Origin: Hydrolagus affinis
Lineage: Eukaryota
Reading direction: 5' to 3'
DNA: 64,000 nt
Assembly: GCA_012026655.1 (NCBI GenBank)
Contig: JAAILG010000115.1
Coordinates: 1 to 64,000, forward strand
In this document: positions 1 through 12,542 of the stretch, in pieces
How the letters are laid out: each line of letters begins with the position of its first letter
How positions within the stretch are numbered: position 1 is the stretch's first letter
The notes under the pieces: generated by a model
Told to the model about the DNA's origin: nothing
Database searches by the model: none
The model's input: the letters and a program-made list of their open reading frames with translations, nothing else
Position numbers and translations under genes: made by a program

Positions 1-575
1 GAAAAATTCGGGGTGGAACAAAAGGCACGGTCGAAGAGGAAAGTCTTCAAACCGGCCTTGAAAGAGGAAAGGGAAGAAACGAAACGGAGGGATTGGGGGA
101 TGGAATTCCATAGGGTGGGAGCGGAGAAACTGAAGGCCCGGCCTCCGATGGTGGGGCGGTTCGGGCGGGGGACTTGGAGCAGGCCAAGTTCTGCTGCACG
201 GAGGGTCCGGGTGGGCTTGTGGGGGGAGAGTAAATTGGTTAAATAGGGCGGGGCAAGGCCATGTAAGGCCTTGAAGGTGAGGACAAGGATCTTGAACTCG
301 ATCCTCTGGAGGATGGGGAGCCAGTGGAGGCGGGCGAGGGTGGGGGTTATATGGTCGCGGAGGCGGGTGCTGGATAATACACGGGCTGCAGAGTTTTGGA
401 TGACCTGCAGCCTGTGAATGGAGGAACTGGGGAGGCCGACGAGGAGAGAGTTTCCGTAGTCCAGCCTTGAGGTGATGTACCCGTGCACGAGTGTTTCGGC
501 AGCGTGGGGGGTAAGATAATTGCGGAGCCTGGCAATGTTGCGCAGGTGGAAGTAAGCGGTGCCGGTCAAGGCACG
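1..575 (-). mobile_element. L2-clade LINE fragment (ORF2 C-terminal region), degenerate
   Basis: Reverse complement encodes ...[11 protein letters not shown]...[33 protein letters not shown]..., homologous to the copy at 37521-38221. Confidence 0.88.
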
Positions 576-579
576 GATG

Positions 580-790
580 TACATTCATAGAGCAACCTTC
601 ACACCGGGAGCACATCCCAAGGCGTTGGCCAGTCAGGGGTTTGGACCCCAGCTGGGAAGTTGAGATCAAGAGGAGTGGAGGGCAGGGCTAGGAGGGTGAC
701 CGAAGACGTAATTGAAGAGGAGGATCTTGAGATAGGCCTTGAAGGTGGCAAGGGAAGGAACAAGGTGAAGGGACAATGGGATCGTATTCA
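580..790 (-). mobile_element. Second L2 LINE 3' end fragment
   Basis: TACATTCATAGAGCAACCTTCACACCGGGAGCACATCCCAAGGCG matches the inverted L2 tail seen at 63430 and 38160-38221. Confidence 0.7.
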
Positions 791-2557
791 AAGAGTGGGA
801 GTGGCTGAGTGATCAGTTGCTGAAGAGTGGCTGGAGACCCGATCGCTAATGGTTCTGAGTACATTATTTGAAGCAGCTTGGTTTAGCATATCACTATGCT
901 TTACAATACAATCACATGAGGCACTGAAGGATATTTCAATGAGGTGTGGAGATGTGCTGTGCATTAAGCAAGGATTATTTTTCTTCAATCCATTGAGAGT
1001 TCAATCTGATAACAGGAAGCTCATTTGAATTTTGATAAAATACAAACCTTAATATCTTCTGTATTTATTAAATTATTCTCTTTGTGCTACCCTACTGTTT
1101 ACAGAATGTCATATTTTAGTGACCCCCCTCCTCTCCAATCAAGATCCCAAATTCCTCTTACATTTAATATTTATAAAGTATAACTAACTTCAGCAAACAG
1201 AAAACTTTGTTTTGAGATCTACCTCCCACACATTCTGTGAATACACTTGCAACATGTCTCTGTATTTATTGTACCCCCTCCATGGAACATATTGACTAGC
1301 CTTTAAGGAATCACAATTCTAAACAACCCTTTTTTTAAATCACGTCAATCACTTTAGATGTGGGTGCTGAGCAGTGAATTCTTTGTCGATCACAACAACC
1401 AACTTATCACGTTGAAGAATTCCACCAGCCATTCACAATAGCCAATTTGCAATGAATTAAGCATAATAGGCTACGTGGGTGGTTGCTTAAAACTGAGGAC
1501 CATTAAAGTCAGTTTTACTCACAACATTTTTTGTAGAATGGGGAGAGGGTATTAATTTTGTAATTAAAGAAGAAAAATTCTGATCAATCTTACTGAAAAA
1601 TAGGATATTTATTGATGTCAGTGAAAATTATTCATCTTTCTCACCCCATCATTCCTATCAAAGGGAATCTCTAAAAGCTATATCTATGACGTGTCAGCTC
1701 AGCCATCCTTTAAGGATCTGGTGATAATTGAAAACAGGTGGATCTTCAATAATATGAATCACATATTGCCTAACAGACTGATCACATCACCCATACATCT
1801 CCAGTGCCATTCATTTCCTATCATAGCATAGGGTTAACATAATTTATTGGACAGAAGAAAATCTGTTGGAAGACTTTGTGTTTTACACCAAACACAGAGA
1901 CCTTATTGAAGAAATCACAACTTCTTTGCGTGTTTAATTTGGACAGATCCAACAATCTAATAAGAACATATATTCAGAATATCCCTCAATATACATCCCT
2001 GATTAGTACATTCCAAGTATTGGTACAGGCATTTCTATGTAGAGATTGCTTTATACAGTAAGAATGTCTCCCACACCTGTAATGACATAATAGCAACTTA
2101 GCACACACGCTCTTCAAATGGTTGCTATGAATTCTAGAATCATGAAGAGAATTAAGGTCGATTTCAGCCTATTTCTACCCTTTATTATGTGTGACAGCAT
2201 ATGATGGGTGAAAAGGAGGCAAGTTATTACTGCTGCAAGGAGGATTAGCTGACCAGTAAGCCACAGCTCTTTATGAAACCTTTTGCACGTGGTTCCTGCA
2301 AACTCCATTTAAGATGGGTTATATTGTGGAATGGTGAATTCTTTTTCTGTCCATTTAATCTCTAGCAGGCGTTTTATGTCATGAACCCTTCATGTGCCAG
2401 AAAACAAAGTTATATCCTGTGTTCTTTTCCTTAACTGAGTGAGGGTTAAAATGGAGGAGGTAACTTACATCATTCCTTTCAAAGTGAATCTCTAATCCAT
2501 ATTGTCTGGCCATTTCCTCGCAAGCCTATATATAGACTATATATATCTATCTATATA

Positions 2558-3268
2558 CAGTAGAAGCCCGTTTATCCATGACTCGATGAACCGACACTTC
2601 TGTATAACTGGTACGCCCAAAAAAAAGTTCCCATTCAATAAACCGGAACTTATCCGGAACAATAGCAGTGGAGCATTTGTAAATGCATAAATAACATAAC
2701 AGAATATTGTAATGGTACTTATTGTTAAAACTACTTTCTTGTGCTCCTCACCTTTACTGGTAGATGCTGCGCTTGAAGCCATGATGCTGCGGTTGAGGTT
2801 TATAGTCCAGAGATTCTTTTTAAAATGGAGCACGCCAAGCAGGTGAAAAAAACGGAGCGCGACTTTAAAGCCTTACTAGCGGCAAGCTGCTAACCCACAT
2901 TGTCACGCAAGTACAGTATTTCGGTTTGCTGCTAGTAGAGTCTAGGGTTATTGGCTTGCCACCAGTAAACTCGTGCGACTTTAAAATCACGCTGCCGTTT
3001 TTTTCACCCACTTGGCATTCTCCATTTTAAAAAGAATCGCTGGATTATAAACCTAAACCAGTAAAGGTGAGAAGCGCAAGAGAGTAGTTTTAACAATAAG
3101 TACCAATACAATATTCTGTTATTATTTAGTCTGGTGTGTATGGTGTGTGTTAAAAGAACTTTAATGTTTTTGTGATGGGTTTTCGGCTACGGGCCGCCCA
3201 AATATCCATCAGGCACTTTAACCAGTATTGGCCAGGTCTCGCGGGTGCCATATAAAGGGCTTTTTCTG
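2558..3268. mobile_element. Tc1/mariner (Tigger/pogo-like) non-autonomous element with a long internal palindrome
   Basis: Starts TA|CAGTAGAAGCCCGTTTATCC and ends ...ATAAAGGGCTTTTTCTG. Both ends align over ~90 bp to the MITE at 18774-18993 in reverse orientation. Internal inverted repeat 2688-2887 / 2954-3128. Confidence 0.75.
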
Positions 3269-5891
3269 TGTGTCTATGTGTCTGTCTGTCTCCCATGATA
3301 TACATCAGTATCCCATGATTTGATTCTGACCAGAATCACTTTTTCCAATGAAAAAAAATTGGGAACCAAAAATAGAATTATATTTGTTTTATTCCTCTTT
3401 ACGGATTTTATGATGTCAGCAAAATAAATGCTGAGAAACTGCTGCAGCAGGCATGAATTTAGTGGTTCAATATCACTTTCTTTTGTTTACTGATAATTTA
3501 CTTTAATTAAAACAAAGCTACTGCACAGCATTGATACATGACTCAAACTTTTCTCAGTGGAAAATAAGTCATTAGTCATTTATGGAAACTATCAGGCAAA
3601 ATAAAGAAGACTAGCCAGCTTTGATTCAATGCACATTAACAACTCTTACATGAGAAGAAGCACATAGAATTTATTAAAAGACAAAATGATTGACAGGCGA
3701 CAAACAGATTGATTCCAGCGCCTTGGGTCATACTCCCAATGTGAAAGGCGCTATTCAAATGCAATCTTTTTGTTGCTACTGTTGATTATTCAAGCCTTTA
3801 AAATCTTGAAAGCTATGGATATTGGTTTAGGGCAGGTCGCCAGTCTTATTTAACTTAAATTGTAATTGCAATATTAGAGAGAGGACTTGAGATGAAACTG
3901 AAGATGTATCAAGTGAGGCTCGAGATTAACTGAAACACAGAATGCTAAGTGCCATGTCAATTATTTGAACAGAGACCATGATGATACAAGACATTTGAAA
4001 GAAAATTATTTCTGCCCTGATGGAATTGTGTATTGCTTATCCAACTAGTGTTAATTACTTCCATATGCATCTGAGAAATGTACAATTTCTCTGATGCCCA
4101 CTCTGTGCTCTACTAAAAGTTGTCCTCACAGCAATTCACCATGGAGTGAATGGAGCCAAAGGAAATCTTTGTCATTCAAATACTAAGCAACAAAATGGCA
4201 TTGTCCACAGTATCACTGACTGCTGCTATGTATGGCAGAGCATAGGGCTTACTATCCAAAGAAGCCCAGTCAGAACCAGGAAGCTTTTCTGAAATATTGT
4301 TTCACGGATCTCATAAACACTCTTCATTCTGCCCTTGACAGAACAGCAGCAGTAATACGTATATGGCCAGCAGCAAGTAGCAAAGTGGATTAGAGAAGGA
4401 GGTTTGGCACTCAGTACATCACCAGTCCTAACAGTCCCAGACCTAGTCACATTCCTTCTGAAAGGAATGTAGCCAGCCCACTACAATGAGTGAATGAGGT
4501 ATGACAGTTCTTGTAAGATTAATCCTGCCATCACAGAACATGATTTATCTTTGAAACACCTCCACTGGACAATCTAAGATCCACAGTATAACAAGTCACA
4601 TTTCGTGGGTAGGACTAGGTGGGTTGCAAACAGCAGCAATAAGGTGTTTCCAACAGGGACAGAAACAATTACTTCTTAATATAACAGAAGACTTGTAAAT
4701 ACATATACAAAGAGAAAGCCAAAAGGCAATCAATCTCAAACTTTGTGTTCAGCCATATTTAACACCTTTTACAGCCAATAGAAAATGGGAAATGAAGGTG
4801 ATGGAATAGTTGCGAATCTGAATAGTTGTCAGTAACATGTCAAGGCATGGCACTAAAGATATTTAATTTAATTGAACCAGAGTTATTTAAAGTCACGTTA
4901 ATATTTCCTACAGGTGAACAAATCAGCCTTATACAACAACAACAACAAAATTACATTTGTATAGTGCCTTTCACGTTGGGAGGACGTCCCAAGGCACAGG
5001 TCAGTCAATGTTTCAGACCCAAGATGTGGTCCGGATCAGGGATGGTGGAAGGAAGTGGGGGAAAAAGGGATATAAATAGACAGTGATGCCAATCCAAGGT
5101 GGTACTTAAATTAATTCCATTGTTGTTCAAGCAGCTGGCACAGTTCTAATAAGCATTGACCAGTAAGTCTCAATAAGTTTTAGTTTGTTTGGTACAACTC
5201 TTGGCTTTGGGTTATTCATTTCTTGCCATTTTTAGGTCATATCTCATAAAACAAATTGTTGCTGTGCTTGCGTAACAATTTGCAGCACTTCAAAGAACTT
5301 AATTGCATGAAGAACTTTTGAGGCATTTCAATCAAATGCAAATAACTATTATTATTCATTATTACAAAACACCACATTTACCAGGCCGTCTTAAAAGTCA
5401 AGACTCTGTGGAAGCACAGGCATGTTGTGCAATTCAGTATATTACGTACTTATAGGAAGGTGCTTCAAGGTTTGAAGGAAGTTGAAACTCTGTGTGTGCA
5501 TCGTGGCCAACACATCTAAGGTTCATTAAGGAACGTCGCCTCAGGAGTCATGACTTGTGCTGGCAGGAATCCTGACTTGTGCTACATCAATGCATGATAT
5601 AACACGAGTTCCAGCATCTACTGCATGTATTTGGGGTGCTTGGAGAGACTGAAATTTGAAGTTCTTTTTGATATAGTCTGAAAAACACCTAAAGAGCCTC
5701 ACCCTCTATTCCTGGGCTGATTTGGGTTCAAGCCAGACAATAAAATCATGTGCAAAGCTCCCTTTCTTTGTCCCACTAGCTTCCCTGCTTTCATCAACGT
5801 TCTTCTTTGCCTGGTCACAATAAGCAACTAATACAATAGCAATATGTGGTGACCGGCCAATGTATGGAAGAACTGTGCAGTAGGGTAATAT

Positions 5892-6190
5892 TGTGGAGCT
5901 CCTGTAGCTCAGTGGTTAGAGCATTCGCCATAAAAGCATGAGACCTGTGTTCGAATCCAGGCCGGTTCCATTCAGTTTCCTTACTCCACCTGCCTAATAA
6001 TAATCCATCAAAAAAAAGCCACAATAATAAATATTGGTCATTTTCAATCCACGACTGTTTGCGGGACACTGCTGTGCGCAATTGGCTGCCGCGTTTCGTC
6101 CACAAATATACAGTGTATTCTGTGAAGCGTTTTGAGATGTCGATAAGATGTGAAAAGCGCTCTATCAAATGCAAGGATTATTATTATTAA
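5892..6190 (+). mobile_element. tRNA-derived SINE, near full length (~300 bp family with an L2-type tail)
   Basis: Pol III A box TAGCTCAGTGG and B box GTTCGAATCC, body GGACACTGCTGTGCGCAATTGGCTGCC, tail AAAAGCGCTCTATCAAATGCAAGGA(TTA)n. More than 15 copies or fragments in the window. Confidence 0.88.
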
Positions 6191-6940
6191 TGTAAGCAAG
6201 GTAGCAGCCATTTATGCTGCTAAGACCCACAAAAAGCCATGAGATGAAAGACCAATTCAACTTGAGGTTGGTTTACTAGGACATTGGGAAAAACTCTCTT
6301 CTCTTTTCAAATAGTGTCAAAGGAACATTACCTGAAGAACAGGCAAAGGAGACCAGTTTAAAGCTTCACCAAAGAAAAAACTCAATGCAGCAATCCTCCA
6401 ATATTCCACTGGTGAACAACATTTGAATAGATTAACCTAGAATGTGAACTCAAGTACCAATAGAGGGGCTTGAATGATCCAGTGGCAGATTGCTACCAAT
6501 TAAGGCAAAAGGACACTTAAAATATATATTAGGTATATTTGCTATATTAGGCATTGAAATTCATCTTTTAAATTACACATCTGTGTATTACACATGTGTA
6601 GTGTCAGTAACAGAAACCCCAATGACATAGTATCTTTTTTATATAACTCATAAATACCCTGTCCAAACATTTACTGTGATTTAATTTGGAGTTGAGGAGT
6701 TACAGTAACTACTGTAGTTGTTCCACTTCCCTGGCCAAAGTTCTCCTCCCTTCCATTTACATATGAATGTCCTGGAGTAAAGTCTGTGCTTCTACAGAAT
6801 AATTCAAAAATGATCCACCATTTTATTTTGTGTGAGCCAGTGTCTGACACACGCGAAACCCATCACTATACTTAAGAGTACCCAAACCAAACTGAGATTT
6901 CCATGCATCACACCAATACATGGAAATCCCAGAAATATAA

Positions 6941-7233
6941 AATAATAATCCTTACATTTGATAGTGCTTTTCACGTCTTCTAGATGTCTCAAAGTGCTTC
7001 ACAGAAGATACTGTAAAATGAATTAACTGTATATATGTGGGCAAAAGACTAATTGCACAATGCAGTGTCCCACAAACAGTCGTAGATTGCAAACACCCAA
7101 TTTTTCTTTGAGGGATGATTATTAGGTGTGTGGCGTATGGAAGCTTGCCCAAAGTTTCACCCTGCCTGGAGTTGAATCCAGGACTGTTGTTTGTAAGGCG
7201 AGTGCTCTAACCACCGAGCTACAGGACTCCACA
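6941..7233 (-). mobile_element. Same tRNA-SINE family, full length
   Basis: Reverse complement of the 5892 copy, from AATAATAATCCTTACATTTG to GAGCTACAGGACTCCACA. Confidence 0.88.
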
Positions 7234-7589
7234 TTGTTGGGATGGAATGCACATCCCCTGACAAAGGCTCTCTGTGTCATCATCAGCATTGCTCTGGAAT
7301 ACTGGGGACCCACCTGGCTCAGGAACCGGACTACCAAAGAGGGTTGGCTCGATTCTGAATTTTTTTTGCCAGCATGTCACTTTGCAGCCAGTTTAGCTGC
7401 AAGCAGACCCCTCCAAATGGTGGATTTACCCACCTTTCTGGTTGAGAGGACATCCAAATTTGTTTCACCGGATTAACAATAAAGTGTAGGGACCATATTC
7501 TTTGTAGGCAAACACAAAAGCCAATTTACATTCACCAATGCCCCACAAGCAACCATAAAGTGAATAAATGCTTAATTTTATTGAGGGAT

Positions 7590-7790
7590 TGGTGGCCAGG
7601 ATACTGGGAGATACACACTTCTCATTCTGAGAAGTGCCATGGCATCTTTAAAATCTACCTGAATAAGTAGATGGGATCTCAGTTAAAATTTCATCTCCAA
7701 CACCGCGGGACTCCCCAGCATTGCACTGGAGGCATCTGGATATACAGGTTCAAACTCTCAATGTGGGGGTTGAATCCATACCCACTTTTC
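7590..7790 (-). mobile_element. Old DeuSINE-like (SacSINE1/AmnSINE1-type) fragment
   Basis: TGGCCAGGATACTGGGAG...GTGCCATGGCATCTTTAAAATCTACCTGA resembles the reverse complement of the Deu domain at 14950-15080. Confidence 0.55.
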
Positions 7791-8704
7791 ACCCACTTGG
7801 GATCTTGGGCTATTTGTTCCCACAAATAGTGTGTTTGTGTTTTGCTCTCTGGACTTTTAGAACACAAGAACTTAAGAATTTTCTGGCATAAGTAGACCAA
7901 GGTTTGCCTCCCACCATCCCAGCAATCGCTTGACATGTTGTGTCCCAAACTATATACTTTACTTCTACTTTCCAGTTTTCAGAAATGACAATTTGCATTT
8001 CAGATACAGTTAGTGAAAATCAGCAATATTAGACTATGGTTTGAGATAGTTTTCCAATTCTACGCTAATAATATTGCATAGTTACAGCAAACACATTTTT
8101 CAAGATGTTTCATGAACATGGATAAAAAGATACAAAATAAAGTTAAAACTTTGTTGTTTTAAGACATCAGATGGAATTGAGCAAAATCCAGTAAACTAGA
8201 TCAAGATGGCTGCTCTTTTATGTTATACTGTACTGCAATGGGATTAATTCCATAATCTCTGATTCACATTTGCTGACCACAAACTGATCTGCTTTTAACC
8301 ATATTGCTTCATGGTGAATTACACACAGTTTGCCACATTTTTGAAGCAAATGTTAATTGCTTTCACTAAATTCAAGGAAAACATCAGAAACCACAGGGTA
8401 CCCAGTTTAACAAAACAAACCAGTGTACTACATTTTAAACCCTATAAAATTGCCCTTTATATATTTTTTGGAGCATTCAACTACCAAAAAGAAAATGCCA
8501 TATTCAAATCCCTGTCTTAATGACTACCTTAAAATGCTACATCAATATTCTGCATTACACGATGCAAGAAACGTAGCACTTCAATTGAACCAGTTTGGTT
8601 GAAATTCCATGTTACAGATTTTAAAAAACACTGACCTGCTGCTAGACTTCTGTAAATTAACAAAACACAAAGCGCAAACGACTGACTGTCAAATGAACTC
8701 TTAC

Positions 8705-8900
8705 TTGTACTGTTGATGGTCTTTCGTGCTGCGAGTTTTTGCCATGAATCTCTCAGCCAGTTTCTCCAGGTTGCGGGAATATTCCATTTCGATTTCCGAC
8801 TTCTTGCGGAAGAAATCCTGGAGATCCTGAAGAAGCTGAACCCGCATCTCAGTCTGCTGTTCCAGACATTTTAACTGCTCAACTAATTGAACACGGATTT
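8705..8900 (-). CDS. SRGAP1: SRGAP1 coding exon 2, 196 nt, F-BAR/FCH domain: (E)IRVQLVEQLKCLEQQTEMRVQLLQDLQDFFRKKSEIEMEYSRNLEKLAERFMAKTRSTKDHQQY(K)
   Basis: Lies within ORF 8701..8919 (-). Acceptor TTTCTTGCAG|AA at 8901/8900 and donor AA|GTAAGA at 8705/8704. The G from exon 1 plus AA gives Glu. The C-terminal FMAKTRSTKDHQQYK is the srGAP1-type paralog sequence, and synteny with RXYLT1 supports SRGAP1. Confidence 0.96.
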
Positions 8901-10204
8901 CTGCAAGAAACACAGTCATGAAATTAGCGTGATGTTACTATTATTAGCCGTAATCGTTTGAGGCACAGGTAAAGCAGTTCTGCACTTTAACAAATCATTT
9001 TCTAACGGTATTACATCTGATACAAAGTACACATCTAAATATTTCACTTTTACAGAGTTCAACGATGAAATGCAAACTAGTAAATTACACAATGCAAATA
9101 ATGTCCATTTCTAAGGCTTTGAGAGAATCACAGCGGCAGGTCTCATGTGCACAATCATAGCAAAGTTCTGGTGTGCAATGGTGAGAATCATGTGCTCAAC
9201 TGATCACCTAAAAAAAATACACATATAGAGCAAAACGTTTTTTGAAATGAATGATTTTAGTTCCTTTACTTTGAAATGAAGGAAACTTGTAATGTTATAA
9301 GTTCAGGCTCTACACTTGTAAGTATCTTTTCACAATTGTTGAAAAACAGAATTAAAAAATAATATTTTTGCGTGAATTTCCAACAGTGAATATTTCTGGT
9401 CCATCTCCTGATCAATTATTTACCATTCAGGACCATTATACAGCTTATTAAACATTTAATAACCTGGCACAAATTACCACAAAAAAACTGGAAACATTAA
9501 TACCTTTAAGCCTTCCTGTAAAGTGTTTTATACTTTTCATTATCCCTTCTACCCGCGTTGATCCTATCCCACAAATATGTAACACTAATTTTGATTCCAG
9601 CAAATCCTGTATGTTTTGATGAATGAACACACAAGACCAGTTGAGCTATATAATATAAAAGAGCACACCTAAAATTATTGGTTGAAGTCTGTCACGTGAA
9701 TAAATTACACACGCTGGAGCTGTTGTGAAAAAAAACTGTTAACTATCCATTTCTCAGTGTATTTAACACAAAGACCTTGTTTACCACAAGTATTTCAATC
9801 AGGGGTGGTGAGGAGGGGGGAGAGTGGTGGGGAAGGAAAAACAGAAAACGAGCTTGACAAGGATATTAACTGGAAAATAAACTTTGAATGCTAAATACTG
9901 CAGAAGGAGAAAAATTGGAGCAATGGTCTTAAAAGTTTCAGCAATCTGCTGATACAGCAACCCTGTGATTTGCAATAGAGACAGGCAGGGGAAATAAACA
10001 TTGAGCAGTATGTTATTTACAATGCATGCTGGGCTGTTGCATTTCCTGAGTCGTCAAATGTGAATTTAAGGGGAAAGGAAGACAATTTAGTAAACACAAT
10101 TTACATCTGCCCCAGTTGCAATACAACTGCACTTCAGAATCAGTAGTATTTCTTTCAGAATGATCATTTTCAGGGACACATCTGTGCGCAATTGGCTGCT
10201 AAAT

Positions 10205-10476
10205 ATATCATGTCTTCGAGACATCTCAAAGCGCTTCACAGGATATACTGTAAAGTGAATTGACTGTATATTTTGTGGGCGAAATGCGGCAACCAATTGA
10301 GCACAGCAGTGTCCCACAAGCTCTCGTGGATTGAATTGACCAATTTGTTTTTTGAGGGATTATTATCAGGCGTTTGGAGTAAGGAAACATGCACAAAGTT
10401 TCATCCCGTCTGGAATTGAACCTAGGCCTCTCACTTGTAGGGTGAGTGCTCCAACCACTGAGCCACAGGACTCCAC
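10205..10476 (-). mobile_element. tRNA-SINE copy, tail slightly truncated
   Basis: Aligns to the family from CATGTCTTCGAGACATCTCAAAGCGC to CTGAGCCACAGGACTCCAC. Confidence 0.85.
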
Positions 10477-11689
10477 TTTTTTAACACAATGTAATGCAGT
10501 TAGCTAGGTGTCTAAGAACAAAGAAAAATAAAGCAATGGGTCTTTACTTTAATGACTCATAACTACTTTTTCACATGTTTTCAGTCAACTATTTTGGTCT
10601 AATAAGTTAAATAGAGCATTATTCTATGAAAACCCAGTTTATTTGAAAGGAGCCATTCAACTTGAAATGCCTTTAGCAACAACCAAGCCCACTGTTTTCC
10701 ATATTTGCAGCCATTCAAATAAATGTCAGGGTTTTTTTTTCCGCTGAGTGCTGACACAGTGAACAATCAACAAAAGACCGCAAAACAAAACCGTTTGCAT
10801 TTAGTAGGACTTCATGAGGCAAAGCAAATGCAAATGTCATGCCGTTGGCTGAGCAAGTGTGGCACCACTATTCTCTGTTAGTATTCAGCACATCAAAATA
10901 AGTGGATCAGCAAGATATGCTGACCAGCGAGTCTGGAACAATTGAAAAGAGCCAATACTCACAGCAATGAAAGGTTCAGCCCTTTATTAGCACTTAAACA
11001 ATCCCAACCTCAGTAATCTTTCCCGGTAAAACCGGGAGATATCAGTTTAACGCTTAAATCGAATGAACATGGCTGACATTGCAAAGAGAAAACGTTGGAA
11101 AGTTGGGAATTAGACCTATGCAAATTCCAAAATTCTTCAGATGACTGTGAAACTGTAAACACTGGTGGAAAATATTATTCATTCAGCAGTGAACTCAACA
11201 CATAATATATCCTCTCTGAATTAACAAATATCTCCACAGTGCAATGCAGTTATGAAAAAAAATCCTTTTTGGCAACAATCAGAGAAGAAAAAACGGCTTC
11301 TCCAACATGTCAAATAAGATTTCACTATAACTAGCAATGAAATGAGCTATCACAACACCAAAACAGCTGAAGTAGTATAATTCAATAGCAGAAATCTGAC
11401 ATGTCACCAATGGGCTTATTACTAGGCTTATTAAACATATTCACTACATTCCAACAATGCACTCAAGACAATATTTGCTTCTTTGCAAGATGCTTTAAAT
11501 TCAGCACTTCATCTGGCACCCACTGAGGGTAGCTTAATTTTGCACAACACAGCAGAAAATGCTCTCGTCAGACAATCCCAGTTTGGGAGGGAATGGTCTA
11601 TAAATTGTTCTGCTCAGTGCCTTCTGCAGTTTTTGCTGACTTACTGTAAAGAGTTCACAAACCACAAATACATTTTTTTTAAAAGCTTG

Positions 11690-12542
11690 GTGGTAATACA
11701 ACTCGGCCTCCCCAACTCCACCCTCCATAGGCTGTAAATCATCCAGAACTGTGCCCAGTCCCGTACCATGCTCTGCGACCCTATAATAATATACTAATAA
11801 TATTCGTTAAATTTGATATAGCACTTTTCACATCTTCTAAACGTCTCAAAACGCCTCACAGAATATACTGTAAAGTGAATTGACTGTATATTTGTGGGTG
11901 AAACGCGGCGGCCAATTGCGCACAGCAGTGCCCCAAAACACAGCAGAAAATTCAGATAAATGGATTCAAATGACCAATTTTATTATTATGTTTTTTTTGG
12001 AAGGATTATTATTAGGCGTGTAGAGTAAGGAAATTTGCCTAAGGTTTTGCCCTGACCTCCCTGGATTTGAACACGGGTCTCACACGTAAGGCGAGTGCTC
12101 TAACCACTGAGCACCCACTACCACCCCCATTCGCAACTGACTCATCTGGCTTCCCATCACCCAGTTGAAGTTCCTGTTCCACACCTTCGAAGCCCTCCAT
12201 GGCCTTGCCCCACCCTACCTAAGGTGACCTCCTAACTCCCTACCAACCGGAGCTCAGCAGGTTCCGGCCTGCTCCACATTCCCTGACTTATCCGCCCAAC
12301 CACTGGTGCATGAGTCTTCAGCCACTCTGACCCTAACCTTTGGAATTCCATCCTGCAATCCCCCCACCTCACCCTCTACCTAGCCTTCTTCATGTTCCAC
12401 CTCAAGACCCTCCTCTTTGACCGTGCTTTTGGTCACACCCCTCCACCTTCCCCAATCCCGACCCCAGCTTGGATCTGAAACACTGACTATCCAGCACCCT
12501 GGGACATGAAAGACACTATACAAATGTAATTTTGTTGTTGTT
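11690..12542 (+). mobile_element. L2 LINE 3' fragment interrupted by a tRNA-SINE
   Basis: 11690-11785 and 12113-12542 are colinear with the L2 at 37640-38221 and end TATACAAATGTAATTTTGTTGTTGTT. Confidence 0.8.
11790..12112 (-). mobile_element. tRNA-SINE nested in the L2
   Basis: Family body and head (GGCGAGTGCTCTAACCACTGAGC) in minus orientation. Confidence 0.85.

Noticed and set aside
5892-5970. tRNA gene (A and B boxes, cloverleaf-like sequence)
   Set aside because: It is the head of a multi-copy SINE, always followed by the same body and tail, with variable anticodon regions and no intact acceptor stem.
8901-8919. N-terminal MTVFLA of the ORF-track protein as the gene start
   Set aside because: This is intronic polypyrimidine/acceptor sequence; the true start is at 51886.
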